Below, one piece after another: positions 1 through 13,629 of a stretch of 64,000 nucleotides of DNA. The stretch is from Mobula hypostoma. Taxonomy: Eukaryota. Made by a program: the position numbers and the translations under genes. The stretch's first letter is position 1; each line of letters begins with the position of its first letter. Under the pieces are notes generated by a model. That model saw only the letters and a list, made by a program, of their open reading frames with translations. It made no database searches and had not been told where the DNA came from. Location of the stretch: the NCBI RefSeq assembly GCF_963921235.1, contig NC_086107.1, positions 101,124,001 through 101,188,000 on the forward strand. Reading direction: 5' to 3'.

Positions 1-3000
1 TCCATTATCTCTCTCATTTGCAGTGTCTCTCTCCCCTTGCTCTTTCATTCCCCATTCTCTCTCATTTCCTCTCCCTTTCTGTCTCATTCTCGCTCTCTCA
101 CTTGCTGTCTCTCTCTCTTTCTCGCTATCTGCCTGTCAGTACTCTCTTCCATTACCTCCCACTCTTCTCATTTCAGTGTCTCTCTCCCCTTGCTCTCTCA
201 TTTTCTTTTCCTTTTCTGTCTCTCTCTCTCTCTCTCTCTGTGTCTCTCAGTCATAGTCATACTTTACTGATCCTGGGGGAAATTGGTTTTCGTTACAGTT
301 GCACCATAAATAATTAAATAGTAATAAAACCATAAATAACTAAATAGTAATATGTAAATTATGCCAGGAAATAAGTCCAGGACCAGCCTATTGGCTCAGG
401 GTGTCTAACCCTCCAAGGGAGGAGATGTAAAGTTTGATGGCCACAGGCAGGAATGACTTCCTATGACGCTCTGTGTTGCATCTCGGTGGAATGAGTCTCT
501 GGCTGAATGTACTCCTGTGCCCACTCTCTCTCTCTCACACACACTCACACTTCCTTTCTCCTCTCTCCTGCATCATTGACACGGATCAGTTTTGCAGTGT
601 TCCTGAGCTCCGTACCTGAGACTGTAGGTGGGAGGTGTGTGGGTTTGGGGTGAGGGAAGGCCGGGCCAGCTCCGCTTAACACTTTGTTTAAGAGTGCGAC
701 CCACTCGAAGGGTCATACAGCACATAAACAGGCCCTTTGGCCCATCTATGCTAACCCTACTTGCTCAGCTTCTGTTCCTGGTCTATTTAATCATCTGTAT
801 GATCCCACCACCTCCACTGGCCAGGCTCTCCCCATTAAAGCAAAAATCAACCTACCCTTAGCATGGCAGTTCGACTTGGGCTGCCAACTCAACTGTGCCT
901 TGTCCCATCCACAACTAACCCTTCCTCAGCCGTTATGGTCATGTCACTGAGCAATGCAGTACCAAATGTCTCCCCAGTACTCCAGGGTGACAAACTTCCA
1001 GGGCTGCTCATTGACAGAGCCGCTGCCTGGCAGCGTCAGAAACCCGGGTTGGATCCTGACCTCCTGAGGACGAATTTCACCCATGGTATTTAGTCCCTGA
1101 CTCACCCACTCGTGCTGTTGTGGGAGTGGGAGCCGATGCATTAACCTTGGAGGTGCTTTAAGAGAGGAATTTGTTCCTTTGGTCTTCCTGTGTCAGTGAA
1201 GGCAGGAATGGCTGTGCTGGAGCCAAGAGATCACTCAGTGCTCCAAGCTTGAAGTCAGTTCAGTCGGATCATGGGTTGCCTCTATCTCTATCTCAGTGCC
1301 AGCCCAGTGCTCCCATTCTCCTTGCCTATCAGAAGTCTACCAGTTAGCATGATGGGTTTCTGCTAAGACTTTGACGAAGACGTTGCTAAATTTCTGATGA
1401 CTCGAAGGTAGGTAGGAAAATGAGTTCGGAAAAGGACGTCATGGGACAATTACTCTCCCAAAGTAGTAAGGCTGATCAACACCTCCACTGACTAACCCAC
1501 CCCACCAGACCCCGCACCAAAACTACTTTATCATTTCCTGTCAGTGTCAGCTTATGATGAGTCGCCTTAACTCTGATACCTAGCGTCACTTTATGGACAT
1601 ACAATCTATGTACATAAGCTATCTTATGTATTTATATTTATTGTGTTCTTTATCTTACTGTGGTTTTTTTGTGCTGCATCAGATCCGGAGTGACAATTAT
1701 TTCGTCCTTCCTTCAGACTTGTGCACAGGAAATGACATTAAATAATCTTGACTCTAAAGTGAATGAGCAAACAGAGAATAACATGGGAAAATGTGAAATC
1801 ATTTTGATAGGAAGAGTACCAGAAGTTATTTAAGTGGTGACAGCTTTGAGGTACAGTTACGTAGCCTCATGCTATTACAGTGCCAGTGACCCAGGTTCAA
1901 TTCCGCTGTCTCTCCTCTTTCTCTCTCCCTGCGACTGCGTAGGTTTCCTCCGGGTGCTCAGGTTTCTGCCAACATTTCCAGGTCGTGTGGGTTAGTAGGT
2001 TAATGAGTCACGTGGGTGTTTTTGGCGACGCATGCCTGTTGAGCTGGAAGGGCCAGTTCCCCTGCTGTATCTCTAACTAAAAGAGGGATGTGGGTGTCTT
2101 TGTGTAAGGCGAGTGTGCTGGTGTCATTGATTACCTAAGAAACTGAGTGCAAGATTTCGAAGATTTATATAGGTCACTGGGGCAATCATATCTGGAGCAC
2201 TGTGTAAACAATTGCTCTCCATATTTACGGAATGATGTTAATACTTTAAAAGCAACTCCAACAAGGCTAAGATTTGAAATCAGTGGTTGTCCGATGAGGG
2301 AAGATTTGACAGGCAGGGATTTGTATCCACTGGAGTTTAGAAGAGAGGAAAATGGACTGAAACAGGTTCAGATCCTCTTGTGGGGGAATATAAAGATATG
2401 AGTTGTTCACTTAACAAAACAGATAAGGCAATCATATTTACTCTCAGACAGTTCAGAGTCCTTGGAGCTCTCTTCCTCAAAGGATGGTGGAAGTAGATTT
2501 TTTGAATATCTTAAGGCAAAGGGAGATGTGTATATGAGTAAAGGAGTGAACAGAGAGACAGGAATGTGGAGTTGTGGCTGCAGTCAGATAAGCCATGATC
2601 TTAATGAATGGCAGGGCGGGCCTGAAGACCGAGTTGAAGATCCTCAATTTTAGGTACTTGTGATTTTTCCTTCCCTTCTGCAGGAGAACTGAGGTCAGTT
2701 GTCATATGCTACCCTGGTTGGCATCGGCTAGTTCATCAGGGAGTGAATTTTGCCAGCTTTCTCCCAAGGAGTTTATAGCACTTAGTCAGGCCATTTGTCT
2801 CCAGGAGGACCGCAACCCTGTCACTGGGTTTGGAGGTTTGTGCCCCTCAATGACCCAGAGAGCTACGTTGGCTGGAGTCAGGGCTTTGTGCTTTGGCTCT
2901 TAGTAGGGTCACCCTTGCCTAACAGGTCAGAGGGTAGAGGCCAGACTGAGAGTGGTCCAGGTTCAGGGGTCAACTCAGGGCTAACAACGCTGACTGGTCA

Positions 3001-4062
3001 AACAAAACTGTTATGGAAACAGCAATGAAGAAACCCTCTACATCTGAGTGCGATGGTATTCCTGAGTCTCCATCCAGGACTTGCATGACTGACAGGAGTG
3101 AAGCTGCTGACATGATGAAGGAAGCCCTGAACACTACCAGAGATGGAGGACCTTAGTTGCTGGTGTAACCACCAGCGGCATAAGGGCAGTAAGAAGCAAG
3201 TCAGGCCATTTGAGTACTTCATCCAGAGGAGTACCTTGTCCTGATCCTTTCTCCCCATTTTATTTGCCACGTCCACTTAAACACACAAGTCCCGAGAAAT
3301 CGCAGATGCCTTCGACAAAGTACCAGAGACTGTCCAAGAGGACATCAGACGGTTTATAAAGTGATATGGATTGTTTAACTCAGATTATTTTTATGCCATG
3401 GACGCCTACCATTAACCAAGAGATCTGTGGACCCCAGGTTGGGAATCCTTGGTTTAAATAAATGAGCGAATTGATTATTTGTGGGAAAATATGAAATTGT
3501 CCATTTGACAGGGAAAATAACAGCAAATTCACTTTGGAAGATTGAATCTGATGACACTCTACAGGGTTAGTGCCTTGATTCATAGCTAGTGTGGAGGAAC
3601 AGATGGACCTTGGGGTCCACGTTCATAGATCCCTCAAAGTTGCTGCTCAAGTTGATAGTGTTACTAAGAAGGCGTTTGGTGTGTTGGTGCTCTTTAGTTC
3701 AAAGTTCAAAGTGCATTTATTATCGAAGTATATATACTGCATACAGCCTTGAGATATCATCTTCTTGCGGACAGCCACAAAACAAAGAAACACAATAGAA
3801 CCCGTTAAAACACCCTCACACAACAGAGACTGTCAAACACACAGAGTGAGAAAAAAGAACAAATTGTGCAAACAATAAAAATGTAAACAAATACACATGG
3901 AATGTTAACTGCAGAGTCCGCGAAAGTGAGTCCACAGCCACGGAATCAATTCAACGTTGAAGCGAGTAAGCCTTGTGGAGTTAAGAGCCAAACACCAGTT
4001 CATCCTTCACTCACGGCCTTGATGCCTTGATCAAATCATGCAAATAGTTTTTTAAGAAAGTA

Positions 4063-4986
4063 CAGTCGGCCCTCCGTATCCACGGGGGATTGGTTCCGGG
4101 ACCCCCTGTGGATACCAAAATTCGCGGATGCTCAAGTCCCTCATATAAAATGGCGTAGTATTTGCATATAACCTATGCACATCCTCCCATATACTTTAAA
4201 TCATCTCTAGATTACTTATCATACCTAATACAATGTAAATGCTATGTAAATAGTTGTTATACTGTATTAGGGAATAATGACAAGAAAAAAATTCTGTACA
4301 TGTTCATTACAGACGCAACCATCGTAGCTCTTCTAGGAACGTTGATGCTGCCTCAGTGAAAATAGCGTTCAGCGTTTGTTCTGCAGCGAGCTGTTATACA
4401 GGCAGCACGCACCCCGAGCAGCAAGAGTGGCGAAAAGCAAAAATAGCGTTCAGCGTCTGTTTTGCAGCGAGCCGTTATAGAGGCAGTGCGCACGCCATAG
4501 CTTTGAACTGCGTGAGGTTTTCACTACGATTGACAGTGCTGCAATGATTGCAGAAAAGTATGACTTTAATTTTGAAAGGGTACGTAGGTTTGAGCAGGTT
4601 TGCAGGATGTTTTGAGTGCTTACAATGAACTGTATGATAGAAAACGGCATGAACCTTCCAGTGTGCTCGTTGCCTTCCCAATTCTAGTAAGTGAAACTAC
4701 ACTGTACTGTACATACATTATTCTACTTTATATAGGCTGTGTGTTTATCATATCATTCCTGCTTTTACTATATGTTAGTGTTATTTTAGGTTTTATGTGT
4801 TATTTGGTATGATTTGGTAGGTTATTTTTTGGGTCTGGGAACGCTCAGAATTTTTTCCCATATAAATTAATGGTAATTGCTTCATCGCTTTATGCCATTT
4901 CCGCTCTACTTTCGGATAGCGGGGGAAATCTGTACAGTATTTTCGATCTGCGGTTGGTTGAATCCGCGGATACGGAGGGCCGACTG
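4063..4986. mobile_element. TcMar-Tigger non-autonomous element with MER2-like ends, containing a fragment of a second Tigger
   Basis: 23-bp TIRs CAGTCGGCCCTCCGTATCC(A/G)CGG (22/23 match), TA on both sides (4061-62, 4987-88). Internal transposase-like remnant QDVLSAYNELYDRK and a second terminus ...ggatagcgggggaaatctg|ta at about 4914-4934. Confidence 0.85.
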
Positions 4987-5494
4987 TAAACAAAAACACA
5001 TGGAACTTGAACTGCAAAATCCCCGAAAGTGAGTCCACAGCCACAGAGCCCGTTCCACGGGGAGGCGAGCGAAGCTCTTCCAGTAGTCCGGTTACAGCTA
5101 GGGGTTAGGGTTCCAGAGTTTGGAGATGAAATCCGGCTCCGTCTGTAAGGAGGTCGTACGCCCTCCCCATGAATGCGTGGGTTTGCTCTGGTTTCCTCCA
5201 ACAGTACCAGCCAGTAGGTTAACTGGTCATCGTAAATTGTCCTGTGTTTGGCCTCGTGTGAAGGAAGTGGGTGGCTGGGTGGTGCTGCTCATTGGGCTGG
5301 AGGTGCCTGCTTTGCACTATAAATCTAAAAGCATAAATAAATAAAGGCTGGCTCATGGTGGGCCGAAGGGCCTGTAACGTGCTGCAGTGTTCTACGTTCT
5401 AAATTATCAAGGTAATGAGAGCTCGGAGATGCAGGGTGATTTAGGTGTTCTCGTATCAGGTGGGTATGTCGCTTCCCGTTAACTAGCGGAACTC

Positions 5495-5865
5495 TCTGAC
5501 GGTGGTGTCTGAGTAGAGGATGCTGTCCAAGTTGCATGCCATCTTGGACAATGTCTCCCATCCACTACATAATGTACTGGGTGGGCACAGGAGTACATTC
5601 AGCCAGAGACTCATTCCACCGAGATGCAACACTGAGCGTCATAGGAAGTCGTTCCTGCCTGTGGCCATCAAACTTTACAACTCCTCCCTTGGAGGGTCAG
5701 ACACCCTGAGCCAATAGGCTGGTCCTGGACTTATTTCATAATTTACTGGCATAATTTACATATTACTATTTAGTTATTTATGGTTTTATTACTATTTAAT
5801 TATTTATGGTGCAACTGTAACGAAAACCAATTTCCCTCGAGATCAATAAAGTATGACTATGATGA
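5495..5865 (+). mobile_element. Young Rex1-like LINE 3' end with (ACTATG)n tail; sister copies at 248-520 (-) and 46737-47230 (-)
   Basis: ILDNVSHPLH...RLIPPRCNTERHRKSFLPVAIKLYN and a near-identical 3' UTR in three places. Confidence 0.8.
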
Positions 5866-6599
5866 TAACTGAATACAGGAGTAGGGAGATTATATAGAGC
5901 ACCAGTGAGACCACGCCCGGGGGCACCGTGAGTACTACTGGCATCTTCATCCGGAATGGCTGGTCGCCTTCTGAGGGAAGGTAGTTCAGGCAAGGCTTGT
6001 ATCCACTGGAGTTCAGAAGGGAGCAGATTGGTCTCTGATCAGGTTACGGCAGCGTTCCCTCTTCCTGTGACTCCCAAGAGTTTGCGAGTCCGAAACGCGG
6101 CAGGAAACCGAGTTCCCACCCCGCAGGAGGTATCTCAGTCCCATAGTAGCCCGTAAATCCATCCTAAACATTCAATTGTATGGACGGGCTATACACAAGA
6201 CGAGTGCTTCTAAACTGGGAGAACCTGTGGTTGTACAAGTCAGTAAGTGTTTTAGGGGAAAACAGGTTGCACTGCATCGACTGCATCTTAGTACACGTAC
6301 AAACACTTTGCACCTGCCAGCCACAGTTGTTAGGACCCAGCTGCTGCCTTTCTGAGTGCGAGAAGCGGCACTTGGTGCTGATACCTCAGCCGAGGGAGGT
6401 AGGCTGTTTCACTCCCTCGCTGCCTCAGCTAGGGCAGGGCTGGCCACCAGCACACGGCCTGGTCTGCCTTGCCATCCAACCAGTCGCCTCTCACTGACAC
6501 AGCAGGCTGACCACAGAATCTCTACAGATGGTCATCGTGACCAAGCTTCACCTGCCATCTGCCTGTTGCTGACATTTGATCAGGGGCTGTGCACTCGAT

Positions 6600-7100
6600 C
6601 CCTTTCTCCTTCTCCCTCTCACTGTCTCTGTTGTTCTGCCTCCTTCTGTCAGACTTCTCTCTTTGTCTTTCTGTACTCTCCTCTCTCTCCCTCTATCTCC
6701 TGCTCTCTCTCTCTCTCGCCGTCTTCGTCTCTCTGCCTGTCTCCATCTTTCTCTCCCCCGTCCCAACCCTTCTTTCTTTCTTTCCCTCTCTCTCCCTCTC
6801 TCCCTCTGTCTATGTGTCTGTCTTTCCATCTCAGTCTCCCTCTGACTTTTCTCTATCCCTGTCACTGTCTCTCTGTCTTTTCTGTTGTTGTTCCTTTCTC
6901 TCTCTCCTCTCCTTCTCCTGTCTGCCTTTCTGTCTCTGTCTTTGTCTCGCGCTCTCTGCTTGTGTGTGCATGAGAGAGGGAGAGGGGGAGTGTGAATGTG
7001 TCTGAGAGAGTGGTCAGTGTGTGGGAGAGAGGGAGCACCGGTGTATGAAAAGGTGTGGGAAGGGAAATGTGTTTCATTGTGTGTGAGAGAGAGTGACAGT
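6600..7100. repeat. CT-rich then GA/GT-rich low-complexity tract; a similar CT tract lies at 1-247
   Basis: Degenerate (CT)n followed by (GA)/(GT)n; source of several spurious Ser/Leu-rich ORFs. Confidence 0.9.
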
Positions 7101-7324
7101 CAGTGTCTGAGTGTGGATGAACGTGTGTGGCAGTGAAGGGAGAGACGCCCAACAGCTGCTATAGATCACAGTGTTGTAGCTGAGGTCTAACACTGCAGAA
7201 TTCTCAATTCCCTCAAGTAGCATAACATAGGACGCAAGTGGCAGCCACTCGAGGGTGCAGGGAATCTCACAGGTACCTTTTGTATTTGTGACTCCTGTGT
7301 GTTGGTGACTGCTGGTACTGAAAA

Positions 7325-7832
7325 CATCCATTTTAATTCCTCTTTCCATTCCCATTCCGATATGTCCATCCATGGCCTCCTCCACTGTCAGAATAGGGCC
7401 ACACTTAAGTTGGAGGAACAACACCTTAAATTCCGTTTGGGTAACTTCCAACCTGATAGCATGAACAGTAATGCCCCCCCCCCACTTCACCACTCCCCAT
7501 CCCCTGGTCCCTCTCTCATGTTATCTCCTTGTCTGCCCATCGCCTCCCTCTGGTGCTCCTCCCCCCCTCTTTTTTCTTTCTTCCATGGCCTTCCGTCTCT
7601 TTCCTAGCACTTTGCTTCATAACCTCCCCCTCTGAGTTTCGCCTATCCCCTGGCATTTCTCTGTCTCTCCTCTCCCCACCTTTCAAATCTTTCTCCAGTC
7701 TTGCCAAAGGTTTTGGCCCAAAATGTCAGCTGTGCTTTTTTTCCATAGACGCTGCCTGGCCCGCTGAGCTCCTCCAGCACTTTGTGTGTGTCGCTCGGAT
7801 TTCCAGCACCTGCAGATATTCTCTTGTTTGTG
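7325..7832 (+). mobile_element. Penelope-like element 3' fragment: GIY-YIG endonuclease C-terminus plus terminal repeat with decayed hammerhead
   Basis: ORF 7299..7607 contains HFNSSFHSHSDMSIHGLLHC...LEEQHLKFRLGNFQPDSMN, typical of the PLE endonuclease end. It is followed by the same terminal sequence as the dispersed short copies; decayed core at 7696-7732. Confidence 0.8.
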
Positions 7833-10800
7833 AACTACAGTATAGGTTTCACCCTGATCTCAATTCTAAAGATTGGCTTTATTTGTCGTGTGTATATCGA
7901 AATACAGTGAAATGCGTTGGTTTGCGTCAACAACCAACGCGCTCTGGGGATTGTGCTGGGGGGGGGGGGAGCCCACAAGTGTGGCTGTGCTTATGGCACC
8001 AGCGTAGCACGCTCACGGCTCACTCACCCTAACCCTCGCCATACAGTGAGGCAAGCGGGAGGAAACGGGGAGAACATACAAGCTCCTTACAGTAAAGCAG
8101 GGGGGATTGCACAACACTCGGTGATTGCTGGCTACTAAAGCGTTGCACTGACCGCTACGCCACCGTGCTGCCCACGAGCCATCTTCATGTACCTTTCCTA
8201 CTTTCTGTATCCTCCCAGAACAAACCCTTTTCCTATTAATCTGTAATTGTAATTTCTAGCTGAGTTCCTTTCGCCAACTCCTTCTTTTAGACTCATACTC
8301 CAAGGAACATTTTGTCTCCTATTGTGCTCTACCACCCATTTATGTACATTGAAATGTATTTGCCAATGGCCAATTCTTGCAGGCCTGTTTCAGGTTGAAA
8401 CATGTTAACTCAGCCAATTGAGAGGAATGAAATAAAAATGGCAATCCTCTGGTTTTCCCCAATGAGACAGTATTCCCAAAACTCCTTTATCCCGAAGATA
8501 ATATCAGCATTCCCAGAATTGTGCTCCCTGTAAGACACTTGAAGCATTCTGAGATTAAGATGTCATTTGTACAGCATGCATCAGGATAGTACAGAGTGAA
8601 ATAATAACTTATTTACAGCTTAACAAGCCACAGTAAGGGTTAGGGAGACCGCTAAAAGATGACAGAGTTTTCTCCCCTTCCTCGGCCCTCCGTTCCTGGA
8701 GGTGTTGACTGACAGTCATGATCCATAACTCTATGCTACCATTGAATCTGATACTCCGTTCGAGATAAGGGTCTTAAATTAGGCCGAGGCAATGACTGAC
8801 CTCAGTAAACTGGAACCTCCTGATAAAAGGGTGAGCTGTTAGGCTAACAGTAGCCAATTACAGACCCTGAGTCAAAAATTAGGCAACACTAAAGAATCAG
8901 AGACATCTCTTTTTCCCTTATTAGGGAGAGAGAGAGCCTGTGGTATTTCAAATTACTGGGTGAACAAGTAGTCTTTGGGGTACTGCAAGTCTGTGTCTTT
9001 ATTGATGCTTTGCTGCGTGCTTGAGTGCTTGGTAGAGGGTGCCGATGCTTTCTCGCTGGTGGGGGGGGGGGTTGTTGCTTTGCTGCTGCTTATGCATGGG
9101 AGGGGGAAGTTCCGGGGGGGGCTTTGAGGTTCTAGCATTTAGCTGTTATTCATTCATTGTTCGTGGATGCTTGCAAAGGAAAAGATTTCAAGATATATAT
9201 TGTGTACATTTCTCTGACATTAAGTGTACCTTTGAAGCCTATTGGTTGGCAACCAATTTAAAAAAAAATGTGATTGTTTAAAATACAGTGAAACCTTCGA
9301 AGGTGTTTCAGAGAAACATTCACAGTCACGTCTGTCATGTTATTGAATGAAGCGTCGTCCCCAATAACTGGAATCAGAGCACACACACACTTACGACTCA
9401 AAAATACCTTATTTTACTTACACACGAGGAGGACGGTGTGGCTCCTGTCACCACACTGAACTCTGAAGTCTGAACAAAGAGATGCCTTGCTTATCCAGAA
9501 TTGGCTAGCAGTTATGTATATTGATCATTTGGTAAACTCTGTAGGTTTGAATTCCTTACTTGCAAGATCAATCGGCATTCACAATAGAGGTGTTAAAAGT
9601 TAATAGAAACTATAAGCTTTGATGTTAGTAAAGCAATTTCCCCTTAGTTGGTGCTTGCACCTTGGATCACTATCTTGTCTTCAGACTCCTGGTGTGTAAG
9701 GAAAGGTGTGCTCTTTAAAGCCCTTTCTTGCCTGGGCTCTCAATCTGGAGCCTGTCATTGCCTGGATATTACATTAACCCTTTCCTTGCTGCAGCTTCCA
9801 CAGGTCACTCCATCAATATGAATGTGAGGGAAATGCAAGGATGTTGGCTTTGTGTGGGCACAGGGGATTAGTTTGGTTGGCCGTTTGATTAGTAATTTAA
9901 TTGGTTCAGCTATTCTATGTTCTATATTAAACAAAGGTTTATAAGTATCTTTAGCAAGCGCATAGTTTCAGAGCCTTTACTCATTCACTTAGTATGACAG
10001 AGGAGAAGGCCTTTCAGTCCATTGAATCTATGCCAGCTATCAGAGCAAACCCATTCTCAACCCGCCCTCTTAATTCCCTGTAACCTGTTCCCTTTAATAT
10101 TTCCATTATCTCTCCTATTGGCTATCTGCACTAATTAATTCAGTGTTATAGAACACTATAGCACAGGAACAGGCAGTTCAGCCCATCTTGTCCTTGCTGC
10201 CCTGGCCCTCTGCCTGGTCCCATCTATCTGCCCCTTGACCATAACCTTCCCACTCTCATCCGTGCACCAATCCAAACTTCTCTTAACATAGAAATCTACA
10301 GCACATTACAGGCCCTTTGGCCCACAATGTTGTGTCGACCATGTAACCTACTCTAGAAACTGCCTAGACTTACCCTTGCTTATAGCCCCCTATTTCTCTA
10401 AGCTCTGTGTACCTTTCTAAAAGTCTCTTAAAAGACCCTATTGTATCTGCCTCTATCACCTTCTGCCGGCAGTGCATTCCACGCACCCACCACTCTCTGT
10501 GTGGAAAAACTTACCCCCTCTGTACCTACTTCCAAGCACCTTAAAACTGTGCCCCCTCATGTTAGCCATTTCAGCCCTGGGGAAAAGCCTCTGGCTATCC
10601 ACATGATCAATGCCTCTCATCATCATCTACGCCTCTATCAGGTCACCTCTCATCCTCCGTCACTCCAAGGAGAAAAGACCAAGTTCACTCAACCAACTTA
10701 GGTGTTGCAATTGAACTTGTATGCACCACTTCACTTCTGCTGGCGGCTCGTCCCCACCTTCTGAATGAAGAAGTCCCCCCCCCCCCAGATTAAAGTCACT

Positions 10801-12450
10801 TGGCCCACTAACTTGAATTCCTTTGGGATGTGGGAGGAAACTGGAGCACCCGGAGGAAACCCACTCAGACGTAGGGGAGGATGGGCAAACTTCTCACAGA
10901 CAGCACCCGGGGGCAGGACTGAACCTGGGTCACTGGACAGTGGCTGTCCTCACAATCCTTGTCAGTATCATTCAGTGCAGTTCCTCTCCCGATGAGACAA
11001 CCAGCTCCTGCACCACAAAGTTGCAATGGAGTGTGTGCCCAGTGCAAACCACTTACTGTGGGTTAAAGGGTTAAAACGCGTGCTTGTGCTTGAGATGCGA
11101 CGGGAGGGGGGGAGCAGGGAGTGGGAAATGGAAGGCAGGAGGACAGGCAGCCTGGAATGGCTGGTGAACGAGGATCTGGTGCTGGTGGAGCGAGTGATAG
11201 CTGGGTGAATGGAGGGTTCGGGTGCTGGGGTGGGGGTTGTCCGGAGGTGTTGCTGGCCGAACGCCAGTGGGTCTGGGGAAGGGAACACTGTGTGTGGTGT
11301 GTGCTGTGGTTGTGGATAAGGCAGTTTGTGCTGGGGACTAAGCCAGGCACTGAATCTTTGAACTTTGGGGATACTGCTTTATTCGTTAAACTGGCAGAAG
11401 TGCATAAACACCAGGCGTTTAAATATCAGCAAGTTGGGTGCAAGCCAAGCCATGCCATCTGCGTGACATCAGTTTTCTTTACAGCCATTCCGTGAGCATC
11501 TCCATTGCTTCTTAAAGGCGACCCTGCCCTGGCAGGAGGTCCCACAGCCAGGCACTGTGGTCGTGGGCGGGTCTCCTTTAAGTAATGCTGAGGCAGCCGC
11601 ACCAGCTTATGAAAGCCTCCTTCTGTGTGAGTGCCCGCAGCAGGCTGCGGACGCACAGATGGAATTCTTGGGAGCTGTGGTCAGTTGTCCGTGGAATGCC
11701 GGGGTGGGGGAGGAGGAGGGTGGTGGACACCTCCGCACAATGGCAGCGCTGCTTTGCGCACTGAGGTTCAGTGATCACTTCGGCGAAATCAGATGCCGAC
11801 GGGGTGATCACTTTGTCAGGCAACTGCAGTCAGTCTGCAGGAACGACCTTCATCTTCCTTCTCCCTTCCCTCCCCACCCCACTCTGACCTCAATGTCTGT
11901 GATCTCTTGCACTGTTTCAGCAAGCATTAGGAGCGACACCTCATCTTCTGACCAGATACGTCGCAACATGTCTACCCCTCCAAGTTTACGCAACTCACTC
12001 TTTCTGTTTTTATCGAAATTGGCCATTTCTGTCATGATCATTCAAACTCACTTTTTCTTTTGTGTTTTCCTTCTAAGGTCTGGTCTGTTGGATATATCCC
12101 ATGGGTTTACTATGAGCAAGGTATCACTCAAACAACAGTGCTTGATGGCTCCTTAATTGCCACACAGTTGGTCTCACCCTATCAGAGGTATTCCCTTTTC
12201 CCCACCGTTCTCTGCTAGCTAGAGCTATCGTGTTCTGTTCTCTCTTTCTCAGTCCTGATGAAGGACCCGAAACACTAAATGCTTCTTGTCCCACTCATGG
12301 GGCCATGGCTTGCTGAGTTTTCCTGAGCATTTTCTGCTTTGATTTTGTGTTATAGCCCCTCACACACAGGAGAACGAGAGGGAAAATCCAGGTCATTTGT
12401 GCAAGCCACACTTAGCCTTTGTTTGACCTCAGCAGGTCCCATTCTTCTCT

Positions 12451-12680
12451 TCCTCCATCTCCCAAACCTACCCCTAACCCTAACATCCACACCTCTCTGT
12501 CCTCCAGCCTCTTTCCTCCATCTCCCAAACCTACCCCTAATCTTAACATCCATACTCCTCTGTCTTCCAGCCTCTTTCGTCCATCCCCCAACCCTACCCC
12601 TAACCCCAACATCCACACCCCTGTGTCCTCTGGCCTCTCTCCTCCATTCCTCAACTCTGCCCCTATCCCTAACCCTTACC
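12451..12680. repeat. Degenerate 63-bp tandem repeat, about 3.5 copies, containing CCCTAA-like motifs
   Basis: Units start at 12451, 12514, 12577 and 12640. Confidence 0.85.
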
Positions 12681-13629
12681 TCCAACAAACTTCCAAACAA
12701 ACCCTGGCTCATATCCCCCAAATCCAAGCACTCATTTCCAACAAACCAAGTCCCCCTCCCCCAACTTCAACCGCAGGTTATAACCCCACCACCTTAGCAT
12801 ATTCATAACCGTGCACCCTAAAATGGATGTATGGGGGAGGAAGATCTCAGTAAAGGCAAGTGTTGGACCAGGTTAATGAAGGTGTGGGCCAGGTCAAAGT
12901 AGCAGGGTCGAGTAACACTGAATCTCCAATAACAAGATCAAGGAACAGAAGAGGGATCGTTTCAAAGAAGTTTACTTGTTACTGTGTTCTGTATTAGTCA
13001 TAGCCATCTGTTTTTACATGGTGTTAGTTAATGGATAAATGTTGGTCCAAGAGAATTCCCCTGCTATACTTAGTGGCAGTGGATCATTTTTTTCACCTAC
13101 CGATAGGGCAGATGCTTGTAAGTGATCCCAAAGGCAGCAGATTGAACCACAATCCAAGGAAGGGCCCATCACACAGGGATCCTTTAACACGTGTCCCAGT
13201 GTGCCAGTAGATCTGTGCAGCAGGAGAGCTGTATGTCTGAGAGGCGGTGAGCTATCTGGATGGAGATGGAAGTCACCATGAGACAAAGAGGGAATGAGTC
13301 AGAAGCTGGCAGATAGCGTACAGTCTGTGGAATTATGAGGTCATCAGCTTGGCATCCGAGAACAACACATTGGAATATTTTGGAACTAGATTAAGAACAG
13401 AGGAAGGACAAAGGTTTGCGCATTCATCAGCGAAAACAAAACAGCAATCAAAACAGGCTAAAAGAATGCTGGTTTTGATCTCAAGGGGGCTAGAATGGAA
13501 AGGAGAGAAAGTTGCATTATACTTGTCCAAAGCCTTGTCAAGGAATACTGCAAAACAAACCCGGGGCTTAAAACGATAAAATTTCATTGCAAAGGCAGGC
13601 AGTTTCAACATCGAAATAACTCCGAGAAT

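Noticed and set aside
2684..2693. 10-nt segment between a good acceptor and GTCAGT
   Set aside because: Not frame-preserving, adjacent to a CR1 remnant, no supporting homology.
6356..7005. 205-aa and 138-aa ORFs
   Set aside because: Products of stop-poor (CT)n low-complexity DNA.
9338..9586. Possible second solo LTR (tgttattgaatg...cattcacaata)
   Set aside because: Ends are imperfect and there is no target-site duplication.
12339..12808. Pro/Ser-rich ORFs over the 63-bp repeat as a possible TRIOBP-4/5 repeat exon or telomeric remnant
   Set aside because: Open in several frames on both strands because of base composition; no resemblance to recalled TRIOBP repeats, no convincing splice sites, and CCCTAA never runs beyond about two copies.
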